From assembly GCA_963721455.1 (NCBI GenBank), contig CAVRJG010000046.1, positions 26,719 to 90,718 on the forward strand: 64,000 bases of DNA, in the 5' to 3' direction. The DNA is from an uncultured Methanosarcinaceae archaeon. Lineage in GTDB: Archaea > Halobacteriota > Methanosarcinia > Methanosarcinales > Methanosarcinaceae. The translations under genes and the position numbers were made by a program. Below, in pieces: positions 43,751 through 53,295 of the stretch (positions are counted from its first letter, which is position 1; every line of letters starts with the position of its first letter). The notes below the pieces were generated by a model. That model was not told where the DNA came from. It saw only the letters and a list, made by a program, of their open reading frames with translations, and searched no databases.

Positions 43751-44532
43751 TCATTTTCCTCCTTTGTTTATTACATGTAATAAGGTGGATTCAAAAAAAC
43801 GTTGTACATTTTTTTAATATCGTCTGCCATATCATCACAAAGAAATATGATTATGACGCGCGTTAAATTTTGGATTAGAGAGGATCATTCATAAACCTTT
43901 CGAAATATGCAGGCTTTTAAAATATTATTATACAATTATATAATATACAATCAATTTTATAAGATGTACATGAGGGGTTAAAATAAACAAACTCCTATAT
44001 ATATATAAAAAAATAAATTCTACTTTTCTCAATATCATATAAAGATTCCGATTCTTACTAATGATTTTTTTTGTTTCTTCTTTAAAAATATATTTCATAT
44101 TTTTATATTTATGAGTTTTCCCAATGTGGTTTTTATATTAATAAATTTTATAAATATACACCTTATTAATCATTCCTTTTTCTTCCGGGGATAAACAGAA
44201 CGTGGCTTCCGTGTCTAAAATGCAAAATTATTTTTTAATGTACAGTTCTCGGATGAAATTATATTCTTCCTCAAAAACTATATACTTTTTTTAACAACTA
44301 CTTATAAATTCTTTTTGGCCGTTACACCGGCAACACTTATTTATATATAAATATGTTGGCTAATTTTGTCGCTTACAGCAGCGTAAATTTATTGGGGCTT
44401 TATTTGAGAGCAACTCAAAATATTTTTTTTCTTTTTACCCTTTAACGGCTTAATTATTTTTTAATGTTTGTCGCATCTGATTCCTATGGGATTAACAAAA
44501 GTATTTTTATATTTTGTCTCCTTGCTTAATAC

Positions 44533-45342
44533 GTGATTTTCGGAGCCTCATCCTTTGCCGGTCCTCTTGCGGATTTAAAAGGGCACGTTGGGTCCATAGA
44601 ACTGTACATTCCCAAGATGGGTATCTACAACGATTCTGTACTTGAAAAGGAAAAGCTTGACAGGATACTTGACGAAGTATCTATCTACGATTTTGCGAGC
44701 ACAGTTCACGCTCCTTATTCTGCAGCAGACTCCAAATATCCTGCAGCCCTTCAGGTAGACACTGCACGGATGGGCGAGAGAGAGTTTGCCCTTATGGGGG
44801 AATCCGTTGCGCTTGCAAACCGGATCGGAGCTAAGGTAGTTGTTTTGCATCCGGGAAGGGTTGGGCCTGAGAGGGAGAAATCTTTTCTCTCTATGGTCAA
44901 AAACCTCTGCACTCTTGCTTCTGTAGCTGAAGATTACGGAGTTACTCTGGCCCTTGAAAATAAAGAAGGTACGGACTCTTCCAATTTTTGCTGTGAGGCA
45001 GAAGAGCTTTCGCGGACCATCGAAGCTGTAAATTCCGGGCATCTGAAGGCTACTTTTGACATAGGGCATGCAAACCTTACCTGCGGAGGCGATCCTGAAA
45101 AACTCGGAAATTTTGTCCGAACCCTGCAGAAGCATATTATCCATCTTCACCTGCATGACAATAGCGGGCAGTGGACAGAAAAATACGATGGAGATGAGCA
45201 TATGGCTCCCGGAAAGGGCTGTGCGGATTTTTCAGTCCTGAAATTGCTTTCAGGATACAGGGGCGTCTATAACCTTGAAGTATTTTCCCTCGAAGATCTT
45301 CGTTTCGGAAAAAAAGCCCTTGAGAGCGCCTTCAAGCTTTAA
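44533..45342 (+). CDS. Sugar phosphate isomerase/epimerase (AP endonuclease 2 TIM-barrel) family
   Basis: VHAP, VVLHPG, LALEN, FDIGHA and HLHLHDN..DEH metal ligands. Confidence 0.85.
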   Translation: MIFGASSFAGPLADLKGHVGSIELYIPKMGIYNDSVLEKEKLDRILDEVSIYDFASTVHAPYSAADSKYPAALQVDTARMGEREFALMGESVALANRIGAKVVVLHPGRVGPEREKSFLSMVKNLCTLASVAEDYGVTLALENKEGTDSSNFCCEAEELSRTIEAVNSGHLKATFDIGHANLTCGGDPEKLGNFVRTLQKHIIHLHLHDNSGQWTEKYDGDEHMAPGKGCADFSVLKLLSGYRGVYNLEVFSLEDLRFGKKALESAFKL

Positions 45343-45406
45343 AGACCATTTAATATTCTGAAAAAAGAGATAAAGCCAGGGTTCGATTGAGAACCTCAGC
45401 TCTTTT

Positions 45407-47332
45407 TTAATAAAAGTCCAGATTTACACCCTTCTGGTCGAGTACCTTTTTCAACTCTTCGTAAGCCGTGAAAAGCTCTTGCTTCTGCCTGCCGACGGTT
45501 TCAAGCCTGGGCTCGGCCTTAAGCCAGATATCCCTCTCCCCGGTCCCTCTCGTGACCGCAACACAGGCAAGCATATCCCCATGGGTCAGCCTGTATATTG
45601 AGTCAAGTCCCGTAGGGGTGACCCAGGCAGGAGAAACGATTTTAAGTTTTTCTATAAGTTCTTTCCAGCTGAGATTTCCCGACGCCCGGAGGTTGAGCTG
45701 GAGGTGGGTACGTTCCCCTGCGACTTTTTCATCAACATTTTTGAGGAAAGTACTGTACTCAGGATCTTTCTCGTTGATCTCTCTTGCTTCATAACGGGAA
45801 AGTTCTTCGGCTTCCTCTTCGAAGAAAGGCGCAAGATTAACCCTGCTTGAAGGTTTTGTCATCAGGGAAATCCCGAAGAAAGCGATAGCACTCAGAGACA
45901 TTCCCACGATAACCCCGTGGCTCATGAGAATCGGGTGAATGCTTTCCAGATAATTGGGGGCCAGAGGGGGCGTTTTTATAAGGTCCAGAACCACAAGGGC
46001 TACCTGAACTGTAAACCCTACTACCATGCCTGCAAAGGCTCCTTCCTTGGTAGCTCGCTTCCAGTACAGGCCTCCCATGAGCGGGAAGAAGTAGGAGGAA
46101 CTTGCAATGAAAGTTGCGATGTGAATTGCATCGATAATATTGGGGATTACAAATGAGCCTGCCGTTGCAGCGAGTATGATAAACAGCACACTGATCCTGT
46201 TTATCAACATCATTTCCTTCATTGTTGCATCTGGCTTTATATACCTCTGGTAAATGTCCCTTGAGATACAGGAAGCTCCTGATGTTGAAAAAGTGTCCGT
46301 ACAGGACATGGAAGCTGCTGCAAGCCCTATTGCACTGAAGGCTATTACCGCGGGGGCAGAGGCGAAACGTTCACTGACAAAGGTCAGGAGTGCGGGCTCT
46401 GCAAGGGCCATGCCTGCAGGAAAACCCATTCCTGCTATTTCAGGATATATGGCGTTGAGGGCTATTGCAATCACAGCGCAGGCTGCAAAGACCACAGTAA
46501 TCATAAGAGAGCCAATTATCATCCCAAGACTGGCAGATTTTCCATCTCTTGCAGCCCAGACTTTCTGCCAGGGGTCCTGCTCGGTAATCCAGCCCGGAAT
46601 TATAGCCAGGATAAAGATCAAAACCATAGGAAGGCCGATTGAGAAGGGATTCCACCAGTCCCCGGATACATTTCCGAAAAGCTCTGAAGCGCTTATCGCA
46701 GTAGTATTGAGGCCTCCATCCGCGACTGTTCCTACTGCGGCAAAAGCTATTCCTACTGCGAAGAGGGCAAGGAAGGAAAACTGGATGACATCCGTCCAGA
46801 TTACTGCATACAGCCCTCCGAGAGTTACGTAAAGGGAAACCGCAACTGCAACAATGGCTGCAGCGTAGAAAGGATCAAGGCCGTAAAAGACCTGCAGCAC
46901 AAGGGAAAGTCCTGTAATGTCGGCTACTGAAAAAAGAATCATTACAACAGTGATGATCAGGGCAATCGGCCATCTGACTATACTGCCGTAGCGCTGTTCC
47001 AGAAGTTCGGGCTGGGTGATTGCAGGCAGGTTTTTGATCTTTCCCACAAGTACGGCAATGATAAGGAGGGCGAGGATATTGGGAGCCACAAATCCCCATA
47101 TAGAACCCATTCCCTGAAGCATATAAAACCCGACAACCGCAAGAATTCCACCGGCTGTCAACCAGGAAGCTGCGGCTGAAAACCCCAGAGCTGAGGGTCC
47201 TATCCTGCGCCCTGCAAGCCAGAAGTCCGTAACGGATTTCTGTCTACTATTAAAATACCAGCCAATAGCAACAAGTCCGGCTATATAAACTGCAAGCATT
47301 ACAAGGAAAATACTGTAACCATCCATATGCAA
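45407..47332 (-). CDS. Sodium:solute symporter family protein
   Basis: DFWLAGR, GGLYAVIWTDVIQ and GLYWKRAT..GA motifs; about 13 TM segments. Confidence 0.9.
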   Translation of the reverse strand: MHMDGYSIFLVMLAVYIAGLVAIGWYFNSRQKSVTDFWLAGRRIGPSALGFSAAASWLTAGGILAVVGFYMLQGMGSIWGFVAPNILALLIIAVLVGKIKNLPAITQPELLEQRYGSIVRWPIALIITVVMILFSVADITGLSLVLQVFYGLDPFYAAAIVAVAVSLYVTLGGLYAVIWTDVIQFSFLALFAVGIAFAAVGTVADGGLNTTAISASELFGNVSGDWWNPFSIGLPMVLIFILAIIPGWITEQDPWQKVWAARDGKSASLGMIIGSLMITVVFAACAVIAIALNAIYPEIAGMGFPAGMALAEPALLTFVSERFASAPAVIAFSAIGLAAASMSCTDTFSTSGASCISRDIYQRYIKPDATMKEMMLINRISVLFIILAATAGSFVIPNIIDAIHIATFIASSSYFFPLMGGLYWKRATKEGAFAGMVVGFTVQVALVVLDLIKTPPLAPNYLESIHPILMSHGVIVGMSLSAIAFFGISLMTKPSSRVNLAPFFEEEAEELSRYEAREINEKDPEYSTFLKNVDEKVAGERTHLQLNLRASGNLSWKELIEKLKIVSPAWVTPTGLDSIYRLTHGDMLACVAVTRGTGERDIWLKAEPRLETVGRQKQELFTAYEELKKVLDQKGVNLDFY

Positions 47333-47397
47333 ACCTTCAAAAAAAATTAAATAATATTTATGAGTCTACTTCTTTTATCGAAACTATGGGTATTATT

Positions 47398-47463
47398 CGT
47401 TTCTGAAATATATTACCGTTTATATATTGCCGTTTCTGAAATATATTACCGTTTATATATTGC
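47398..47463. repeat. Perfect 33-bp tandem duplication containing a TATA-like box
   Basis: cgtttctgaaatatattaccgtttatatattgc occurs at 47398-47430 and 47431-47463. Confidence 0.85.
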
Positions 47464-47832
47464 CATTGTATCGACATACAAATAAATAAACTTTTACTTC
47501 GGTTTATACTGTTTATCTCTCTTTTTGCCGGGGGAATGGCTCTTTTCTTCCTCTCCACGCAAGTTAACTTGAATTCAAATGATCTTTTACTTCTATACTT
47601 ATGAGCGGAAATATTTACACTGCATCCATTACAGAAAAGATTTACACTTTACTGAATTCGCGAGCAAGATTCATTAAAACAAGGATTAAAACAAAATAAA
47701 GCGGGGAGAGCTGAAAGATTTAACCAATAACGAACTTAACCAGATCTTCCAGGATGAAGATGGAAACAAACAGTTCAAAAAATACCGGAACTGGATTATA
47801 GCTATATCAAGAAGTAAGGAGATACCCTATTT

Positions 47833-48045
47833 ATGGTTTTATTGGACGACAGCAAACCATATAAAATAAATTTTAATTTAATTTGTATGAGATGCAAGCA
47901 TTTTCACATAGAGGATGTGAAACTCCATACATGCGATGCGTTCCCGGACGGTATCCCTGATGAAATATGGCGGGGAGACAATGACCATAAAAAGCCGAAT
48001 CCTGGAGATCATGGAATACAATTCGAGCAAATATCACAAGACTAA
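47833..48045 (+). CDS. Small Cys/His protein (CxxC...CDAFPDGIP...[11 protein letters not shown]), cassette 1; putative immunity protein
   Basis: 70-aa ORF preceded by AAGGAG; 52/70 identical to the cassette-3 gene. Confidence 0.75.
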   Translation: MVLLDDSKPYKINFNLICMRCKHFHIEDVKLHTCDAFPDGIPDEIWRGDNDHKKPNPGDHGIQFEQISQD

Positions 48046-48124
48046 AATTTTTTATAGAACATCTTTCATTTACTTATTGCAGTTATCGAAACACTATCCT
48101 GGAAAAATTTCACCCACTTTAAGA

Positions 48125-48180
48125 TAAGGGCCCCTGAGTTGACCGGGGGCTTGGATTCTCTTCCTTTCTCTCTTCTTTTC
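48125..48180 (+). terminator. GC hairpin followed by a pyrimidine tract at the end of cassette 1
   Basis: gcccc-tgagttgaccg-ggggc followed by ttctcttcctttctctcttcttttc. Confidence 0.45.
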
Positions 48181-48222
48181 CGAATTCGCGAGCAAGATCC
48201 ACTAAAACAAGGATTGAAACAC

Positions 48223-48372
48223 ACCGCCGAGCATGAGGTATTATATCAAAAAGGACAGCATTTAAAATTATTAGGAGTTGAAGGAGTTGATAGGGTCGGC
48301 ATGATAGGAGATGACGGCACATGGGTTGCCAGCACAAACAAAATAAGACTGTTATACTGTAAGCTAATTTAA
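48223..48372 (+). pseudogene. 3' stub of a probable ADP-ribosyltransferase-like toxin gene (cassette 2)
   Basis: Begins right after repeat 2 and reads TAEHEVLYQKGQHLKLLGVE...IRLLYCKLI*. The E-x-E-V-L motif plus terminal beta-strands match VIP2/C3-like ART tails. Confidence 0.5.
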
Positions 48373-48436
48373 ACAGATCAACATTATATATACCCGAATC
48401 GTCCTGGAAAGCAGACAAACAGGAGGAAAAGCAGCC

Positions 48437-48577
48437 ATGCCAAAAGATGAGAACGGTCGCGAGATACCGAGCCGGTTTTATATTGATGACGGCGACCTGC
48501 GATTTATTGACGCGGCGCCCTTAACAGAAGAGGACCGGGCCGAGCTTAAGCGTATGAAAGAACTTATGGAAAAATAA
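48437..48577 (+). CDS. 46-aa acidic small protein (cassette 2); putative antitoxin
   Basis: AGGAGG RBS at 48421-48426; MPKDENGREIPSRFYIDDGDLRFIDAAPLTEEDRAELKRMKELMEK*. Too short for the ORF track. Confidence 0.65.
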   Translation: MPKDENGREIPSRFYIDDGDLRFIDAAPLTEEDRAELKRMKELMEK

Positions 48578-48733
48578 AGGATTTAAAGAAGTGAGTACAG
48601 GAGCGCGAAAAAACAGTGGAAGAATTAAACTTTAAAAAGTATTCGGAAGAGACATTCGCGAGCAAGATCCACTAAAACAAGGATTGAAACCTGAACTACT
48701 CATTTATCAAGAAGTAAAAGGGATATTATACAT

Positions 48734-48946
48734 ATGGTTCTATTAGATGATCGCGAATTATATAGGATCAATTTTAATCTGATTTGTATTAAATGCAAGC
48801 ACTATCACATAGAAAATACAAACCTCAACTCCTGTGATGCGTTCCCGGATGGGATCCCGGATGAGATCTGGAGGGGGGACAATGACCACATAAAACCGTA
48901 TCCTGGGGATCACGGTATCCAATTCGAGCCGGAAGAAGAAGACTAA
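48734..48946 (+). CDS. Small Cys/His protein, cassette 3; homologue of the cassette-1 gene
   Basis: 70-aa ORF with [23 protein letters not shown] and [11 protein letters not shown]. Confidence 0.75.
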   Translation: MVLLDDRELYRINFNLICIKCKHYHIENTNLNSCDAFPDGIPDEIWRGDNDHIKPYPGDHGIQFEPEEED

Positions 48947-49189
48947 AATTGTTTATAGAATATCTTTCATTTATTTGTTGCAGTTATTGAAACACTATCC
49001 TGGAAAAATTCTACACATTTTAAGAATTCGCGAGCAAGATCCATTAAAACAAAGATTAAAACGTAATCCTTTTTTAAGATAATTTCAGGTTACTTTTTTC
49101 AGTTTCTTTTATTTTTGCAGCTTCTAATGGTTAAAAAAGATTTATTATGCCTTTAATTTCTATTTTCTTCCAAAATATTACTTTTTTAA

Positions 49190-50341
<1,152 letters not shown>

Positions 50342-50582
50342 AGATTATAACAAGTACCAGAAATCCTTACTAATTTCAAACAACAAGTAAATCACTGGAA
50401 ACATAGAAATACACGGAAAATCTGTAACCTGGTAAATTGGCCCTCGTGAGCGAAGCACGATTCCAAGCTATAAGTTAGTCTGCTTGAACGAGCGAAGCGA
50501 GTGAAACGGACAGCGCACTGCAGAGCCGCAACTCTGCTGGCGCAACTCGGGAAAACAAAAACGACAGTAAAAAGGTATACGA

Positions 50583-51401
50583 ATGAAAGCCATAACCCGA
50601 AAAATCCGCAAATTTGAACCTATGACTTTCATTTTTTCCCTTTTACTGTTTGTTCTCTTTCTTTTCATTTTTTTAACTCTTTCAAACATGGTTTTCGGGC
50701 AGATTTTTGATGATTTCCAGGGATTGGTCGAAGCTGCACGAACCCGGTCTGTAGTTGGCTCTATTTTTCTCTCCCTTTATGCAGGCTTTCTCGCAACCCT
50801 TCTTGCCTTTTTTCTCGGAGTGCCCTCAGGTTATATTCTTGCAAGGTTCAATTTTCCCGGAAAAAGATTAGTTGAAAGCATTATCGATGTGCCTGTGGTG
50901 GTTCCGCACACAGTAGCAGGGATTGCCATTCTTACGGTTTTTGGGTCAAGAGGGCTTATTGGCGGTCCTCTCAATGCTTATATCCAGTTCCGGGATGCAC
51001 TTCCGGGAATTGTGGTTGCAATGCTCTTTGTATCCCTGCCATATCTTGCCAATTCTGCAAGGGAAGGCTTCAAAAGTGTGGACCCGAGGCTTGAAAATGC
51101 AGCCCGCTCGCTGGGGGCTCCCCTCTGGAAGGCATTTCTTTTTGTAACCCTCCCTCTCTCGGCAAGGCATATTTTGATAGGAGCCATCATGACCTGGGCA
51201 AGAGCTATCAGTGAATTCGGAGCTGTTGTGCTGATTGCCTACTACCCCATGATAGGGCCTACGCTTATCTATGACCGGTTTCTTTCCTATGGGCTGTCTG
51301 CGTCCAGACCCATAGCCGTACTGCTTATACTGGTCACGCTTTCCATATTCATAGTAGTAAGGGTCCTTTCCGCAGGCTGGAGTATATATGATAGAGATTG
51401 A
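50583..51401 (+). CDS. wtpB: Tungstate/molybdate ABC transporter permease
   Basis: DVPVVVPHTVAG, ENAARSLGA (EAA loop) and WARAISEFGA motifs. Confidence 0.92.
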   Translation: MKAITRKIRKFEPMTFIFSLLLFVLFLFIFLTLSNMVFGQIFDDFQGLVEAARTRSVVGSIFLSLYAGFLATLLAFFLGVPSGYILARFNFPGKRLVESIIDVPVVVPHTVAGIAILTVFGSRGLIGGPLNAYIQFRDALPGIVVAMLFVSLPYLANSAREGFKSVDPRLENAARSLGAPLWKAFLFVTLPLSARHILIGAIMTWARAISEFGAVVLIAYYPMIGPTLIYDRFLSYGLSASRPIAVLLILVTLSIFIVVRVLSAGWSIYDRD

Positions 51402-52434
51402 ATCCCTGTCCCGAAAATGGAAGAATTTTTCTCTGGATAATTTGAGCCTTAAAATCGAGTCAGGAGAATATTTTGTAATTCTCGGGCCTACCGGGGCTGG
51501 AAAAACCCTGTTTCTGGAACTTATAGCTGGTTTTCATTCCCCTGATTCCGGAAAAATTCTGATCGACGGAAAAGAAGTAACCCACCTGCCTCCGGAAAAA
51601 CACGATCTTGTCTTTGTCTATCAGGACTACTCGCTTTTTCCTCACATGAGCGTAAAAAAGAATATCGAATTCGGAATGCGGATGAAAAAAATAAAGTCAC
51701 GGGAGAAGCTCCTTGAAACCGCTAAAGACCTGAAGATCACCCACCTCCTTGATCGTCATCCCCTTACACTTTCAGGGGGAGAACAGCAGAGAGTTGCCCT
51801 TGCGAGAGCCCTCGTGACCGATCCTAAAATTCTGCTCCTGGATGAGCCCCTGAGTGCACTCGATCCCAGAACACAGGAAAGTGCCAGGGAACTGCTTCTG
51901 GCTCTCCACAAAAATAAAAAACTGACTGTGCTGCATATCACCCATGACCAGACTGAAGCCCGGATAATGGCTGACAGGATTGCAATAGTAATGGACGGGA
52001 AACTTATGCAGGTCGGGGTTCCCGAAGAGATCTTCGAAAAGCCGGTTGATAGCAGGGTAGCCAGTTTCGTAGGGTTTGAGAATATGCTGAAAGGCAGGGT
52101 CATCTCTGCTGACCGCGGTCTTCTCAGAATTGAAGCCGGGGAGATGGTCATTGACGCTTCAGGGGATCTGGAGGTAGGGAGCCAGGCATATGCTTTCCTG
52201 AGGCCTGAAAACATAGTTTTAAGTAAGATTTCCGCACAATCCAGCATCAGAAACTCCCTGCAGGGCAGGGTTACCGACGTCTTAATATTGGGCGCTCTTG
52301 TAAGGGTAAAAGTTGACTGCGGAGTCATCCTTAATGTCCTGATAACAAGGCAGTCGGCAGAGGAAATGGGTATTTTTCCGGGAGTTCCGGTCTACGCTCA
52401 ATTCAAGGCAAGTTCTGTCCATGTGCTCCACTAA
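51388..52434 (+). CDS. wtpC: Tungstate/molybdate ABC transporter ATP-binding protein
   Basis: GPTGAGKT, LSGGEQQR, LLLDEP and a C-terminal TOBE domain. Confidence 0.92.
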   Translation: MIEIESLSRKWKNFSLDNLSLKIESGEYFVILGPTGAGKTLFLELIAGFHSPDSGKILIDGKEVTHLPPEKHDLVFVYQDYSLFPHMSVKKNIEFGMRMKKIKSREKLLETAKDLKITHLLDRHPLTLSGGEQQRVALARALVTDPKILLLDEPLSALDPRTQESARELLLALHKNKKLTVLHITHDQTEARIMADRIAIVMDGKLMQVGVPEEIFEKPVDSRVASFVGFENMLKGRVISADRGLLRIEAGEMVIDASGDLEVGSQAYAFLRPENIVLSKISAQSSIRNSLQGRVTDVLILGALVRVKVDCGVILNVLITRQSAEEMGIFPGVPVYAQFKASSVHVLH

Positions 52435-52447
52435 AAGGTGAATATCT

Positions 52448-53035
52448 GTGAAAGCAAAAACAAAGCTCTGGTTTACGGAAGACGGAAAAACCGTCATGGG
52501 TGCCGGAAGGGCCGAGTTACTTAGAACAATTGACAAAGAACGCTCCCTTCGAAAAGCCTGTAAGATTCTTGACATTTCATACAAACACGCCTGGATGATG
52601 CTTAAAAAAATGAATGAAGCTCTTGGCGAACCCGCAGTAACCACAGTACGCGGGGGAAAGAATCAGGGCACTTTCCTGACTGATCTTGGAAGAAAACTGC
52701 TGGCTGAGTATGAGACAAACAAGCAGATTATCAATGAAACAATTGGGGATGAAACTGCCTGGGAAAATGTAGGCTTCAAGTTATCAGCCAGAAATCAGCT
52801 TCCAGGTAAAGTGCTTAAAGTGGAGAAAGGCGGGCTCGTTTGTAAAATCACAATTGAAATGGAACCCTCAATTATCACCTCGGTAGTCACTGAAGAGGCT
52901 GTAGAAAAGCTGGACATAAAACCCGGAGACAGGATTTATGCGGTCATCAAATCGACTGAGGTAATGGTTGCAAAAGCTGTCAGTGAAAAAGGACAGATAA
53001 AAGCCGACTCGAAAGAGACGGATCGCTCCGGCTGA
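52448..53035 (+). CDS. ModE-family regulator (wHTH plus TOBE/Mop)
   Basis: SLRKAC..LDISYKHAW, RGG...GT.LT and SARNQL.G motifs. Confidence 0.88.
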   Translation: MKAKTKLWFTEDGKTVMGAGRAELLRTIDKERSLRKACKILDISYKHAWMMLKKMNEALGEPAVTTVRGGKNQGTFLTDLGRKLLAEYETNKQIINETIGDETAWENVGFKLSARNQLPGKVLKVEKGGLVCKITIEMEPSIITSVVTEEAVEKLDIKPGDRIYAVIKSTEVMVAKAVSEKGQIKADSKETDRSG

Positions 53036-53295
53036 AAATTATAACCCCAATTTGACAGAAGCATACATTTTCTAATGTATAAATGGGCGTTATATTTCTG
53101 TTTTCTGTATATAATTTATAATTTTATCTTATGTCTTTGGATTTTTAACATTCTTCATTTTAGACATTCTTCATTTTTCTGAAAGATTTTGTGCCGATGC
53201 AATGAATCTGTTTTTTGGCATGCAATTTACACCTTTGAGTCCGCTGAATCCTGATTTCTTTCTTTTCCCAAAAAGCTTCCAGTTAACAGAAAGTT

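Larger units (their letters stand above)
47656..49062 (+). CRISPR. Atypical CRISPR-repeat array: four 37-bp repeats separated by gene-sized inserts
   Basis: Repeats at 47656-47692, 48184-48220, 48654-48690 and 49026-49062. R2 and R3 are identical (ATTCGCGAGCAAGATCCACTAAAACAAGGATTGAAAC); R1 and R4 each have 3 mismatches. The 3' ATTGAAAC handle is typical of type I-B/III repeats. Inserts are 491, 433 and 335 bp. Confidence 0.85.

Noticed and set aside
47358-47558. 66-aa ORF with a repeated QYINGNIFQKR
   Set aside because: The peptide repeat is just the translation of the 33-bp tandem duplication in a promoter region.
48139-48372. 77-aa ORF from the track treated as a real gene
   Set aside because: Its first third runs through a terminator-like tract and repeat 2 from a TTG with no RBS; only the part after the repeat looks like coding sequence.
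47656-49062. Reading the repeats as an ordinary CRISPR array, MITE ends or a simple tandem duplication
   Set aside because: There are no 30-45 bp spacers; the repeats are direct rather than inverted; insert 2 is unrelated to inserts 1 and 3, which themselves have different boundaries.
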